From positions 384,001 through 448,000 of the forward strand of contig CAVQXP010000002.1 in assembly GCA_963717935.1 (NCBI GenBank): a stretch of DNA of 64,000 nucleotides. The letters are read 5' to 3'. Below, one piece after another: positions 35,475 to 46,557 of this stretch. A model generated the notes under the pieces. That model ran no database searches and was not told the origin of the DNA. It saw only the letters and a list, made by a program, of their open reading frames with translations. The first letter of the stretch is position 1. The number at the start of each line of letters is the position of its first letter. The position numbers and the translations under genes were made by a program. Source of the stretch: Candidatus Eiseniibacteriota bacterium. GTDB lineage: Bacteria; Eisenbacteria; RBG-16-71-46.

Positions 35475-35744
35475 GTGACCGAGGCCGAACTTCTGATCCG
35501 CAACCAGCTCGGGCTGCACGCCCGGGCCTGCGCGTTGTTCGTGAAGACCGCGGCCCGGTTCGCCTCGGAGGTCTACGTGAGCCGGGACGACCTCGAAGTC
35601 AACGGCAAGAGCATCATGGGCGTCATGATGCTCGCGGCCGAGGAGGGCAGTACCATCCGGGTGCGGGCCGAGGGCGCCGACGAGCGCGAGGCCGTGGCGG
35701 CCCTGCGTGGGCTCGTGGACGGCAAGTTCGGGGGAGAGCCATGA
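35475..35744 (+). CDS. ptsH: Phosphocarrier HPr
   Basis: NQLGLHAR (His15) and VNGKSIMGVMML (Ser46). Confidence 0.93.
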   Translation: MTEAELLIRNQLGLHARACALFVKTAARFASEVYVSRDDLEVNGKSIMGVMMLAAEEGSTIRVRAEGADEREAVAALRGLVDGKFGGEP

Positions 35745-37498
35745 AGTTCACCGGCATGGCGGCATCGCCCGGGGTGGGTGTGGCCCCCATCTGCCTGCTG
35801 GAGCGCGAGGAGCTGGCGGTGCGCGACACCGCGGTCCCCGCGCAATCGGTGGAGCAGGAGGTGGCGCGCTTCCATGCCGCCCTCGAGGCCTCGCGCGCCG
35901 ACCTCGCCAGCATCCGCGACCGCATCTCCCGCGAACTGAGCGAAGCCGAGGCCGAGATCTACAACGCCCACCTGATGATCCTCGGCGATCCCGACCTGGT
36001 GGGCGCGGTCGAGCAGGGCATCCGCGAGCAGCGCCGCAACGCGGCCTGGGTGTTCCGCGGCCACATGGCGAGCGTGGCGGCGCACCTGGCGAACGTGCAG
36101 TCGGAGCACCTGCGCGAGCGCCAGGCCGACGTGCTCGACGTGGAGCGGCGCGTGCTGCGCTACCTGCTCGGTGACGGCCACCGGGCGCCCTTCCTGCCCG
36201 AGCGGCCCTCCGTGCTGGTCGCGCACGACGTCGCGCCCAGCGAGATCGCCCTGCTCGACCGCGAACGCATCGTCGGCATGGTGACCGAGGTGGGCTCGCG
36301 CTCCTCCCACTGCGCCATCGTGGCCCGCGGCCGGGGCATCCCGGCGGTGGTCTCCTGCCGGGGCATCCTGCAGCGGGCCGCGAACGGCATGGTGGGCGCG
36401 GTGGATGGCTTCCTGGGCACGGTGGAGCTCGACCCCGATGCCGAGACCACGGAGTTCTTCGTCGCCCGGCGCAAGCGCATCGAGGAAGAGGACCGCTCGC
36501 TGCTCCTGATCCAGGACCAGCCGACCGTCACCCTCGACGGGCACGCCATCGACCTGGGCGCGAACCTCGAGCTGCCGGGCGACGTCGAGCGGGCGCTCAG
36601 CGTGGGGGCCGCCAGCGTCGGGCTGTTCCGCACCGAGTTCTTCTACCTGGACCGGCTCGAACTGCCGTCGGAGGAGGAGCAGTACCAGGCCTACCGTGGC
36701 GTGGTGGAACGCATGAGCCCGCGCCCGGTGCTGTTCCGCACCATGGACGTCGGGGGCGACAAGGTGGCCTCGTACCTCGGCACCATCCACGAGAACAACC
36801 CCTTCCTCGGCCGGCGCGGCATCCGCCTGTCGCTCGAGTTCCCGGAGGTGTTCCGCGCCCAGGTGCGCGCCATCTACCGGGCCAGCGCCCACGGCCGGGT
36901 GCGCATCATGTTCCCGATGGTCTCGAACCTGGACGAACTGCTGAGCGCCCGGGCGATGTGCCACGGAGTGCGCGACGAGCTGACGCGCGCGGGGGTGCCG
37001 CACGATCCCGGGCTGGAGATCGGGCTCATGATCGAGACCCCGAGCGCGGTCTGGATGGCGGACGTGCTGGCGCGCGAGGCGGACTTCTTCTCGATCGGCA
37101 CCAACGACCTGACCCAGTACACGCTGGCCATGGACCGCGGCAACGAACGGCTTGCGCACCTGTACGAACCGCTCGATCCCTCGGTCCTGCGCAGCGTCCG
37201 CCACACCGTGCAGGTCGGGCACGCGGCCGGCCGCTGGGTGGGCGTGTGCGGGGAGATGGCCGGGGACCCGCAGGTCGCGGTGCTGCTCGTCGGGCTCGAC
37301 GTGGACGAGTTGTCCGTGGCCTGCTTCGACCTGCCGCGCGTCAAGGCGGCGATCCGCGGGGTGACGCGCGAGGGCGCCCGCCGGCTGGCCGACGAGGCCC
37401 TGGCGCAGTCCACGGCCGACGCCGTGAAGGAGGTGCTGCAGCGCCACTGCGACATGCTGCTGCCCCGCGGTCAGGGCCGCCGCGGAGGTTCGTCATGA
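35741..37498 (+). CDS. ptsI: PTS enzyme I
   Basis: GSRSSHCAIVAR, GLFRTEF, RTMDVGGDK, ENNPFLGRRGIR, MIETP, SIGTNDLTQY, GVCGEMAGD. Confidence 0.96.
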   Translation: MKFTGMAASPGVGVAPICLLEREELAVRDTAVPAQSVEQEVARFHAALEASRADLASIRDRISRELSEAEAEIYNAHLMILGDPDLVGAVEQGIREQRRNAAWVFRGHMASVAAHLANVQSEHLRERQADVLDVERRVLRYLLGDGHRAPFLPERPSVLVAHDVAPSEIALLDRERIVGMVTEVGSRSSHCAIVARGRGIPAVVSCRGILQRAANGMVGAVDGFLGTVELDPDAETTEFFVARRKRIEEEDRSLLLIQDQPTVTLDGHAIDLGANLELPGDVERALSVGAASVGLFRTEFFYLDRLELPSEEEQYQAYRGVVERMSPRPVLFRTMDVGGDKVASYLGTIHENNPFLGRRGIRLSLEFPEVFRAQVRAIYRASAHGRVRIMFPMVSNLDELLSARAMCHGVRDELTRAGVPHDPGLEIGLMIETPSAVWMADVLAREADFFSIGTNDLTQYTLAMDRGNERLAHLYEPLDPSVLRSVRHTVQVGHAAGRWVGVCGEMAGDPQVAVLLVGLDVDELSVACFDLPRVKAAIRGVTREGARRLADEALAQSTADAVKEVLQRHCDMLLPRGQGRRGGSS

Positions 37499-38569
37499 GC
37501 GGGCTCGAACCGCCCTACGGCGAGCGGGACCGCGGCGGCATGGCCGCGCGCATCGCGGGCATCCCGGAGCAGATCGAACAGGCGCTCGAGCGGCTCGCGG
37601 CGCGTCCCTGGCCCGCGCCGCGAGCGCGAGCCCGCGCGGCTGGTCGTGGGCGGCATGGGCGGGTCGGCCATCGCCGCCGACCTGACGCGCGGGCTCTACG
37701 AGGACCACCTGCCCCGGCCGCTCGAGGTGGTGCGCACCTACCGCTGGCCGGGCTGGGTGGCGGGCGACGCCCTGGCGCTGCTCTCCTCGTACTCGGGCGA
37801 CACCGAGGAGACGCTCGCGCTCTACCGCGACGCCACGAGCCGCGGGGTGCCGCGGCTCGCGCTCACCACGGGCGGGGCGCTCGGCGCGCTGTGCGCGCGC
37901 GACGGCGTGTTCGCGCAGCCGCTGCCGCCCGGCTCGCCGCCCCGCGCGGCGCTGTTCGCCTCGTGGGTGGCGCTCACCGGGCTGCTGCACGCGCTGGGCT
38001 GGGTCGAGGACCCGGCGCCCGGGTGGCGCGAGGCGGCGCAGCTGCTGCGCGACCGCGACGGCCAGCTGGGGCCGGCCGCGCCCGAGTCGGGGAACCCGGC
38101 GAAGCAGCTGGCGCGCGCCCTGGAGGGGCGGCTGGTGTACGTCTACGCCGGCGCGGGCCCGCTCGAGGCCGTGGCCCTGCGCTGGCGGCAGCAGCTCCAC
38201 GAAAATGCTAAGGTGCTCGCTCATTCGGCGGTGGTGCCGGAGCTCGACCACAACGAGATCGTGGGTTGGGAGCGCCCCGGGGCCCTGCACCGCGGCATCG
38301 CGGTGGTCGCGCTGAACGACCCCGAGGACGCGCCGGAGATCCGCGCCCGGCTCGCGCTCACGGCCGAGTACGCGCGCCGCCAGGGCGCCGCGGTGCACGA
38401 GTGGGAGGCGGCGCCGGGCCCGCGGCTGGCGCGGCTCGCCTCGCTGGTGCAGTTCGGTGACTACCTGAGTCTCTACCTCGCGCTGCTGGGCGGGGTCGAT
38501 CCGACCTCGATCCCCAGCATCGACGAATTCAAGCGGCGGTTGTCGAGCCGCGGGAGTCCTTCAGCGTGA
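37495..38569 (+). CDS. Bifunctional phosphoglucose/phosphomannose isomerase (frameshift near 37625)
   Basis: GMGGSAI, SSYSGDTEET, TTGG.L, PRAA, RW.QQ.HENAK, PELDHNEIVGW. Confidence 0.9.
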
Positions 38570-39559
38570 CGCCCGAGATCTTCGCCGTCATCCCGGTGGC
38601 CGGCGTGGGCACGCGCCTGCGGCCGCACACGCACACCCTGCCCAAGGTGCTGCTGCACGTGGCCGGCAAGCCCATCCTCGCGCACATCCTCGACGACCTG
38701 CCCGGGCTCGGCATCCGGCGTGTCGTCCTGATCGTGGGCCACATGGGCGACCTGGTGCGCGAGTACGTGGACGCGCACTACCAGAACCTCGAGGTGGACT
38801 ACGTCGAGCAGCCCGAACCGATGGGCCTGGGTCACGCGGTCTCGCTGGCCGCGCCCTTCGTCGGCGACGGGCGCGTGCTCATCATCCTCGGCGACACGAT
38901 CTTCGCGGCCGACCTCAAGCCGGTGCTGGCCGGGGGCGTGAACAGCATCGGCGTGAAGGAGGTCCAGGACCCGCGGCGCTTCGGCATCGTGGAGCGGGGG
39001 CCCGACGGCCGGGTCACGCGCACTGGTCGAGAAGCCCGAGCATCCGACCTCGAACCTGGCGATCACCGGCATCTACTACTTCGACCGCGGCCGGCCGCTG
39101 TTCGACGCGCTGGCCGATCTGCAGCGGCGCGACCTGCGCACCAAGGGCGAGTTCCAGCTCACCGACGCCATGCAGCTGCTGGTCTCGCGCGGCGAGCTCA
39201 TCACCACCTTCCTGGTGGACGGCTGGTACGACTGCGGGAAGACCGAGACCCTGCTCGAGACCAACCGCGTGCTGCTCGGCAAGTGCAACGGCGCCAAGGC
39301 CATCGCCGGCTCGGTCGTGCATCCGCCGATCTGCATCGCGGGCGATGCCGTCATCGAGAACTGCATCCTCGGGCCGCACGTCTCGGTCGCGGCCGGGGCC
39401 CAGCTCAGGAACGCCGTGGTGCGCGATGCCATCATCAACGAGAACGCCACGGTCGAGGACATCATGCTCGAGAGCTCCGTGGTGGGCGTGAACGCCGTGG
39501 TCCGCGGCGGCTACCGCCGCGTCAACGTCGGCGACTCGAGCGAAGTGAACTTCACCTAG
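38566..39559 (+). CDS. Sugar-1-phosphate nucleotidyltransferase (long RmlA/GraD-like), frameshift near 39020
   Basis: IPVAGVGTRLRPHT.T.PK, GLGHAV, LGD, RFG.V, EFQLTDA, WYDCG, C-terminal LbH-like tail. Confidence 0.87.
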
Positions 39560-39640
39560 ACAGCCCTGCGCCGGGCGCCCGGCGGCCCCGGCCATCGCGA
39601 TCCACCCCTGACCCGATCCGTACTTCCGGAGAACGTTCCC

Positions 39641-40786
39641 ATGGGCGCTCGTCACCTCTTCACCTCCGAGTCCGTCACCGAAGGCCACCCCGACAAGATC
39701 GCCGACCAGATCTCCGATTCGGTGCTCGACGCGCTGATCGCGCAGGACAAGACGAGCCGCGTGGCCTGCGAGGTGCTGGTCACCACCGGGCTCGCCTTCG
39801 TGGCGGGGGAGATCACCAGCCGTGGCTACGTCGAGATCCCCTCGCTGGTGCGCCGGGTGATCGGCGAGATCGGCTACGACAGCGCCGAGTTCGGCTTCGA
39901 CAGCCACACCTGCGCGGTGATCACGGCGATCGACGACCAGTCGCCCGACATCGCCCTGGGCGTGGACAAGGGCGGCGCCGGCGACCAGGGCCTGATGTTC
40001 GGCTTCGCCTGCCGCGAGACCCCCCAGTTGATGCCCCTGCCCATCATGCTCGCGCACGCCATCACCCGGCGGCTCGCGCAGGTGCGGCGCAGCGGCACCA
40101 TCCCCTACCTGCGCCCCGACGGGAAGTCGCAGGTCACCATCGAGTACGAGGACGGCAAGCCGCTGCGGGTGGACACCGTGGTGGTCTCGAGCCAGCACGC
40201 GGACGGCGTCAAGCACGCGGTGATCGAGCGCGACGTCATCGAGAAGGTGGTGATGCCGGTGCTGCCCAAGCGGCTGCTCAAGCGCGACCGCAAGCCGAAG
40301 TTCTACATCAACCCGACCGGCTCGTTCGTCAAGGGCGGCCCGATGGCCGACACCGGGCTCACCGGGCGCAAGATCATCGTGGACACCTACGGCGGCGTGG
40401 GCAGCCACGGCGGTGGCGCGCTCTCGGGCAAGGACCCCAGCAAGGTGGACCGCTCGGCCGCCTACGGCGCGCGCTACGTCGCCAAGAACCTGGTGGCGAG
40501 CGGCCTGTGCGACCGCGCCGAGGTGCAGATCGCGTACGCCATCGGCGTGCCCGAGCCGGTGAGCATCATGGTGGACACCAAGGGCACCGGGAAGGTGAGC
40601 GACCACAAGCTCACGGACCTGGTGCGCAGGCACTTCGACCTGTCGCCGCTCGGGCTCATCCGGGACCTCAAGCTGCGCCGTCCCATCTACCGTCTGACCG
40701 CGGCCTATGGCCACTTCGGCCGCAGCGAGCCCTCGTTCACCTGGGAGAAGACGGACAAGGCACGGCTGCTGGCGAAGAGCGTCTAG
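39641..40786 (+). CDS. metK: S-adenosylmethionine synthetase
   Basis: [57 protein letters not shown]. Confidence 0.98.
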   Translation: MGARHLFTSESVTEGHPDKIADQISDSVLDALIAQDKTSRVACEVLVTTGLAFVAGEITSRGYVEIPSLVRRVIGEIGYDSAEFGFDSHTCAVITAIDDQSPDIALGVDKGGAGDQGLMFGFACRETPQLMPLPIMLAHAITRRLAQVRRSGTIPYLRPDGKSQVTIEYEDGKPLRVDTVVVSSQHADGVKHAVIERDVIEKVVMPVLPKRLLKRDRKPKFYINPTGSFVKGGPMADTGLTGRKIIVDTYGGVGSHGGGALSGKDPSKVDRSAAYGARYVAKNLVASGLCDRAEVQIAYAIGVPEPVSIMVDTKGTGKVSDHKLTDLVRRHFDLSPLGLIRDLKLRRPIYRLTAAYGHFGRSEPSFTWEKTDKARLLAKSV

Positions 40787-40812
40787 CCGTTCCGCCGCGA
40801 GATCGGGGACGG

Positions 40813-40839
40813 CGCGGGGATCCGCTGCGAATCCCCGCG
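40813..40839 (+). terminator. Hairpin after metK
   Basis: CGCGGGGAT-N9-ATCCCCGCG. Confidence 0.45.
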
Positions 40840-41039
40840 GTCCATCCCGCACTGCGGCGGCCTGCGGGCTGCGCAGCATCTTGACCGCGGGGGATTCGTG
40901 CTCTCTGCGTCTCCATCGCGGCGCTCGCGATCCTGGCAGCCGGCGTGGTCGGTTCCGTGATTGCCGGGCGGCGAGACCCGGGTCGGTGGGCGGCCGGGCG
41001 CTGGACGGCCCAGCGCGTCGGCGGAGGCCAAGGACGCAC

Positions 41040-41606
41040 ATGACGGCGAAGACCCTCGGGACCCTGGACGTCCGCACCCGGCAGGCATGGCGGAAGTGGC
41101 TGCGGGAGCACCACGACGCGGTGGCCGGGATCTGGCTCGTCTTCCACAAGCGCCACACGGGGGTCGGGTGCCTGGCCTACGACGACGCGGTCGAGGAGGC
41201 GCTCTGCTACGGCTGGATCGACAGCATCCTCAAACGCCTCGACGACGAGCGGTACGTGCGGAAGTTCACGCCGCGCAAGGCCGGCAGCCGTTGGTCCACC
41301 GCGAATCGCCGGCGCCACGCCGACCTCGAGGTGCGCGGGCGGCTGGCGGCGCCGGGACGGGAGCGCGCGCCGACGGAGCGCAGCGGGGACTCCCCGCGCC
41401 GCGCCGGGCCGGGGCTTCCCGCGTACCTCGAGCGGGCGTTGAAGGCGAATCCCCGCGCCTGGGCACACTTCCGACAACTGGCCCCGTCGCGCCAGCGGAA
41501 CTACGTCGGCTGGATCGACTCGGCGAAGCGCGAGGAGACGAGAGAGCGTCGCCTGCGCGAGGCGCTGGAGGTCCTGGCGGCTGGCGGGAAGCTGGGGATG
41601 AAGTGA
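41040..41606 (+). CDS. YdeI/OmdA (bacteriocin-protection) family protein
   Basis: WRKWL..HH, EEALCYGWIDS, FTPRK..S.WS..N, WIDSAKREETRERRL. Confidence 0.9.
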   Translation: MTAKTLGTLDVRTRQAWRKWLREHHDAVAGIWLVFHKRHTGVGCLAYDDAVEEALCYGWIDSILKRLDDERYVRKFTPRKAGSRWSTANRRRHADLEVRGRLAAPGRERAPTERSGDSPRRAGPGLPAYLERALKANPRAWAHFRQLAPSRQRNYVGWIDSAKREETRERRLREALEVLAAGGKLGMK

Positions 41607-41729
41607 GGCGGTGCGGGGCCGGACGGCCGCACGGGGCGTGGTCGTGCCGGCCGGGCGCCCCCAGGGGGGCCGCGGAGCGGCTCCCCGCCGGCGTGCTGGA
41701 TTGACGCACCGACACCACAAGGGAGTGAC

Positions 41730-42269
41730 ATGCTCAAGCCGATCCTCGACCGTCGCAGCATCCGCAAGTACACGTCGGAGCCCGTCTCGGACGCCGCCGT
41801 TCGGCAGATCCTCCAGGCGGCGCGCCTGGCGCCCTCGAGCAACAACTCGCAGCCCTGGCACTTCATCGTCGTTCGCTCGGAGGAGCGGCGGCGGGCCATC
41901 GCGGAGGTCTCACACCGCCAGGCGTGGATGGTCGAGGCGCCGGTGCACGTGGTCTGCGTCGGCGACATCGGCTGCCGCATCCCGGACTACCAGGGACCGC
42001 CCCTGGACGAGGACAGTCCGTTGCCCGAGTTGAAGAAGGTGATCCTCGACGTGGCCATCGCCGTCGAGCACCTCGCGCTCGAGGCCACGAGCCTGGGCCT
42101 CGGCACCTGCTGGGTCGCCTGGTTCACGCAACGGGAGATCCGCCCCGTGCTCGGGATCCCGGAGGACAAGTACGTGGTCGCGGTCGTCACCGTCGGCCAC
42201 CCGGCCGAAGGCCCCGCGCCGCGCGCCCGCCGGCCCCTGGACGAAGTGGTACGCGAGGAGCGCTGGTAG
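41730..42269 (+). CDS. Nitroreductase family protein
   Basis: RRSIRKY, AARLAPSSNNSQPWHFIVV, D..IA..HL.L.A..LGLGTCWV. Confidence 0.92.
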   Translation: MLKPILDRRSIRKYTSEPVSDAAVRQILQAARLAPSSNNSQPWHFIVVRSEERRRAIAEVSHRQAWMVEAPVHVVCVGDIGCRIPDYQGPPLDEDSPLPELKKVILDVAIAVEHLALEATSLGLGTCWVAWFTQREIRPVLGIPEDKYVVAVVTVGHPAEGPAPRARRPLDEVVREERW

Positions 42270-42410
42270 CACGGGCCCGGGCGGGCGGCAGTGCGCGCCC
42301 CTTCCTGTGGCACCTTCCTCGTCCTTTCGGCCGCTGCGCCGCCTGTGCCATAGTGCCACCTTCTTCCCCTGGACCCCCGCTTCACGACCCGCAATGGAGG
42401 GACCCACCCC

Positions 42411-44003
42411 ATGCCCGCCCCGACTCCGCCGCGTCGCGCATCACGCCGGACGCTCTCGTGGCTCCTCACGCTCGCGCTGGCCGCCGCGCTGGCCGGCCCC
42501 GCGGCCGCCGCGCCGAAGGTTGCGACGAAGGCCGCGCCCGTACGTACCGGCCTCGAGAACCTCGAGAAGCAGGTCAAGGAGTTCACGCTCCCCAACGGCC
42601 TCAAGTTCATCGTGGTCGAGCGGCACAATGCGCCGGTCTTCTCGTTCGAGACCATGGTGAACGCCGGCGGTGTGGATGAGCAGGTGGGGACCACCGGCAT
42701 CGCCCACATGATGGAGCACATGGCCTTCAAGGGCACCGCGGTGGTGGGTACGAAGGACTGGGCGAAGGAGCAACCCCTGCTCGCCGCCGAGGAGAGCGCC
42801 TGGCAGGCGCTGCGCGACGAGCGCCGCCGGGGCCTGCGCGCCGACACCACGCGGCTGGCCGCGCTGCAGCAGGCGTTCGGCGAGGCGCAGGAGGCGGCCC
42901 GCGAGCAGGTCGAGCCGAACGAGTTCTCGCGCATCATCGAGGCGGCCGGCGCCCCGGACATGAACGCCGAGACCAGCGACGACGTCACCCGCTACTACTA
43001 CTCGCTGCCCTCGAACCGGCTCGAGCTGTGGGCGCTGATGGAAGGCGGCCGCATGGCGAGCCCGGTGCTCCGCGAGTTCTACAAGGAGCGCGACGTCGTC
43101 TACGAAGAGCGCCGCATGGCGGTGGAGTCCTCGCCGTTCGGGCGGCTCTTCATGGGCTTCCTCAACATCGCCTACGTGGCGCATCCCTACAAGACCGGCG
43201 TGATCGGCTTCCCGTCCGACCTGAAGAGCTTCAGCCGCACGCAGGGCGAGCAGTTCTTCCGCGAGCACTACGTGGCCAAGAACATGGCCGTCGCGGTGGT
43301 GGGCGACGTCACCGTGCCGGAGCTGCAGGCGCTCGGCACCCGCTACTTCAACGCGATCTCCGACGCCCCCGCGCCGCCCCCGCTGGACACCCAGGAGCCC
43401 GAGCAGCAGGCCGAGCGCCGCGTCATCTTCGAGGACCCGGCGCAGCCCATGATCCTGGTCGGCTGGCACATCCCGGCCGGGAACGACCCGCGCTTCACCG
43501 CCTACGAGGCGCTCGCCAGTCTGCTGGGCGGCGGCGACTGGGCGCGGCTCAACAAGGCGCTGGTGAAGGAGCGCAAGATCGCCGTGCAGTTGCAGGCCTT
43601 CGCCGGCCTGCCCGGCGAGAAGTACGCGAGCATGCTGGGCATGCTGGTCGTGCCCGCGAGCGGGCAGGACCCGCTCCAGGTCGAGCAGGCCGTCTACGAC
43701 GTCATCGACAGCGTGCTGACCGTGAACCCGTTCACCGCCGCCGAGCTCGACGGCTACAAGGTGCGCGTGCGGGCGCGGAACATCGCCCGGGCCGAGGGCA
43801 ACTCGAGCCTGACCGACGCGCTCTCGCGGGCGCAGATCCTGCAGGGCGACTGGCGGGAGTTCTTCCGCGAACAGGAGCGCGTGCAGGCGCTCCGGGTGGA
43901 CGACCTGCGGGCCGCGATGGAACGCTCGCTGATCAAGAGCAACCGCACCGTGGGACTCATCGTGAACCCGCCGAAACAGGCCTCGAACGAGGGAGGGCGC
44001 TGA
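42411..44003 (+). CDS. Exported M16 (pitrilysin-like) zinc peptidase, catalytic subunit
   Basis: Signal peptide, LPNGL, GIAHMMEHMAFKG (HxxEH), NAETS.D.T.Y, ERDVV.EERRM. Confidence 0.92.
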   Translation: MPAPTPPRRASRRTLSWLLTLALAAALAGPAAAAPKVATKAAPVRTGLENLEKQVKEFTLPNGLKFIVVERHNAPVFSFETMVNAGGVDEQVGTTGIAHMMEHMAFKGTAVVGTKDWAKEQPLLAAEESAWQALRDERRRGLRADTTRLAALQQAFGEAQEAAREQVEPNEFSRIIEAAGAPDMNAETSDDVTRYYYSLPSNRLELWALMEGGRMASPVLREFYKERDVVYEERRMAVESSPFGRLFMGFLNIAYVAHPYKTGVIGFPSDLKSFSRTQGEQFFREHYVAKNMAVAVVGDVTVPELQALGTRYFNAISDAPAPPPLDTQEPEQQAERRVIFEDPAQPMILVGWHIPAGNDPRFTAYEALASLLGGGDWARLNKALVKERKIAVQLQAFAGLPGEKYASMLGMLVVPASGQDPLQVEQAVYDVIDSVLTVNPFTAAELDGYKVRVRARNIARAEGNSSLTDALSRAQILQGDWREFFREQERVQALRVDDLRAAMERSLIKSNRTVGLIVNPPKQASNEGGR

Positions 44004-44005
44004 CC

Positions 44006-46167
44006 ATGACGACCGCACGCACGATGTTCCGCGTGGCCCTCCTGGGCCTGCTCGCGCTGGTCGCGGCGAGCCCCGCCGCGGGCGCAGGACGATGCGAAGT
44101 TCGATCCGAAGCAGCTCACGACCCCGCCGCTGCGGCGCGTGCAGGTGCCCAAGCCGGAGCGCTACGTGATGCCCAACGGCATCGTGGTCTTCCTGCTCGA
44201 GAACCACGACCTGCCGGTGGTGCGGGCGCGGGCGCTCTTCAAGTCCAGCCCGCTGTGGGTGCCCGGCCGAGAAGGCCGGGCTGGCCGACCTGACCGGCGA
44301 GGTCATCCGCAGCGGCGGCAGCGCCGCGCACGGCGGCGACTGGCTCGACGACCGGCTGGCCGCCATCGGGGCCTCGATCAGCACCGGCGTCTCGACCGAC
44401 CAGGCGAGCGGCGGCTTCCGCTGCCTGGCCGAGAACACCGCCGAGGTCCTGGCGCTGTTCGCCGAGGTGCTGCGCGCGCCCGCGTTCCCCGCGGACAAGA
44501 TCGAGCTGTCCAAGGTCGGCCTGCGGCAGGGCATCGCCAGCCGCAACGACGAGATGATCCCGATGCTGATCCGCGTCTCGACCGAGGCGGTCTACGGCAA
44601 GGACAACCCGTACGCGCGCAAGCCGGAGTACGCCACCGTCGAGGCCATCGCGCGGGAGGACTGCCAGACAGCTGCACGCGCGCGTCTTCCAGCCCAACCG
44701 CATGGTGCTGGCCGTCTACGGCGACTTCAAGGACGTCCGAGATGAAGAAGCTGCTGGCCGCGAAGTTCGGCGACTGGAAGCGGGGCGACGCCGCGGCGGT
44801 GCCGCCGCCGCCCGTGCGCCGGCGTGGCGAAGCCGCGGCTGGTGTTCGCCCCGAAGGAGGACGTCACCCAGGCCGGCGTCATCATCTGCGCACCTGGGCT
44901 TCCGCGCCGACGACCCCGACTACGCCTCGATGACCGTGTACGAGATGGCGCTGGGCGGCGGCTTCCAGTCGCGGCTGGTCAACAAGATCCGCACCGAGCG
45001 CGGGCTGGCCTACGCCGCCGGCGCCATGGCCGGCGCCGACTTCGTCGCGCCCCGGCGTGTTCCTGGCCTACTCGCTCACCCGCACCGACTCGGCCCTCAC
45101 CGCGCTCGACCTGCTGCGGGAGCGAGACGCGCAAGACCACCGAGGCGCCCTTCACCGACGCCGAACTCAAGGCCGCCAAGGAGTCGGTGGTCAACGGGCT
45201 GGTGTTCAGCTTCGCCGAGCCTTCGGCGATCCTGTTCCGCTCGTCGTACTACGAGCTGACCGGCTACCCGCTCGACTTCCTGGAGCGCTACCAGAAGGCG
45301 CTCGAGGGCGTGAACGCGGCCACCGTGCTGAGGCCGCGAAGCGCAAGATCCACCCCGACCGGTTCGTGGCCGTCGTGGTGGGCAAGGAGAAGGAGTTCGA
45401 GAAGCCGCTCGAGAGCATGGGCCTGGCCGTCGAGCGCGCGGACATCAGCATCCCGCCGCCGGCCTCGAAGGTGGCGGCCGGCGAGGCCAGCCCCGCAGGC
45501 GCTGGCCCGGGGACAGGCGCTGCTCGCCAGGGCCGCCGGCCTGGCCGGCGGGAGCGCCGCCTGGGGCGCGATCAAGAGCGTGAGCATGAAGCGCGACGAG
45601 GTCATCACCATGCAGGGTCAGTCCATGGCGATGACCAGCGTCATGCACTGGCGGATGCCCGACCGCTACGTCGCCACGCGCAAGCTCGCCATGGGGGAGA
45701 TCGCGCAGGGCTTCGACGGCACCAGCGGCTGGATGGCCGGCATGGGCCAGGTGCGGGACGAGCCCAAGGTGGGCGAGGAACTGAGGAAGCAGTACGAGCG
45801 CTCGTTCTTCCGGCTGTTCGCCGAGCCCGGCGCGTACCAGGTGCAGGCGCTGGACGAGCCCAGGACCGTGGACGGCGTGACCTGCAGCGTGGCGCTCGTC
45901 AAGAGCGAGACCACGCGGGACTGGCTGCTCTACTTCGCCCCCGACGGCGCGCTCGCCCGCATGGAGTACCTGGGCGAGGGCATGGGCGGCGGGCCGGCGA
46001 GGATCGCCGAGATCTACGGCGACTGGAAGCCGGTCGGCGACGTCCGCTACCCGCACAGCGAGAAGACGCTCATGGACGACAAGCCCGTGATGGAGGCCAA
46101 GGTCACGAGCCTGGAGCTGAACCCCACGCTGGCGGACGAGCTGTTCCAGAAGCCGGCGGCGAAGTAG
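44006..46167 (+). CDS. Exported M16 non-catalytic partner with an extra C-terminal beta-rich domain (many frameshifts)
   Basis: MPNGIVVFLLENHDLP, LGGGFQSRL...IRTERGLAY; C-terminal ~230 aa domain (GFDGTSGW.., YGDWK.VG.V.YP, LELNP.L...LF.KP). Confidence 0.78.
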
Positions 46168-46202
46168 GGGAGCGGCACGGGGCCCGGGAGGCCCGGATCG
46201 AG

Positions 46203-46229
46203 GAGGCCAGCCCCGCATGGGCTGGCCTC
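46203..46229 (+). terminator. Hairpin after M16 operon
   Basis: GAGGCCAGCCC-CGCAT-GGGCTGGCCTC followed by TT. Confidence 0.6.
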
Positions 46230-46557
46230 TTCGATAGTTGCGCCCTGGGCGCGGTTAACATTCCGGGCCACCCTGGGCCAGGTGCCCCAGCGGCCGCGCG
46301 CGGCACGGGATGGGAGACGAAATGAGCTTGACCGCTCCGACCCGGAATCCTAACGTTAAAGCCGTTAGGTGAACCGGCAGTCTGGATCGGAAGCGTCATG
46401 GCCCCACCGCCCTTGTTCCGAACCGAGACTTCCCCCCGGCCCTGCGCGGATGGCCCCTTGCCATCGGCGCGGGGCCGTTGTGTTTGTCCCCGGGCCGCGC
46501 CGACCTCGCCAGCGCGGCCGATGTGCACGGAGGCGAGACTCCGAAGGAGGCTGGGAG

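Noticed and set aside
39560..39640. SAM riboswitch upstream of metK
   Set aside because: Gap is only about 80 bp and lacks recognisable SAM-I/II core motifs
42335..42350. Minus-strand sigma54-like motif TGGCACAGGCGGCGCA
   Set aside because: Poor -12 element and it points antisense into the nitroreductase with no downstream gene
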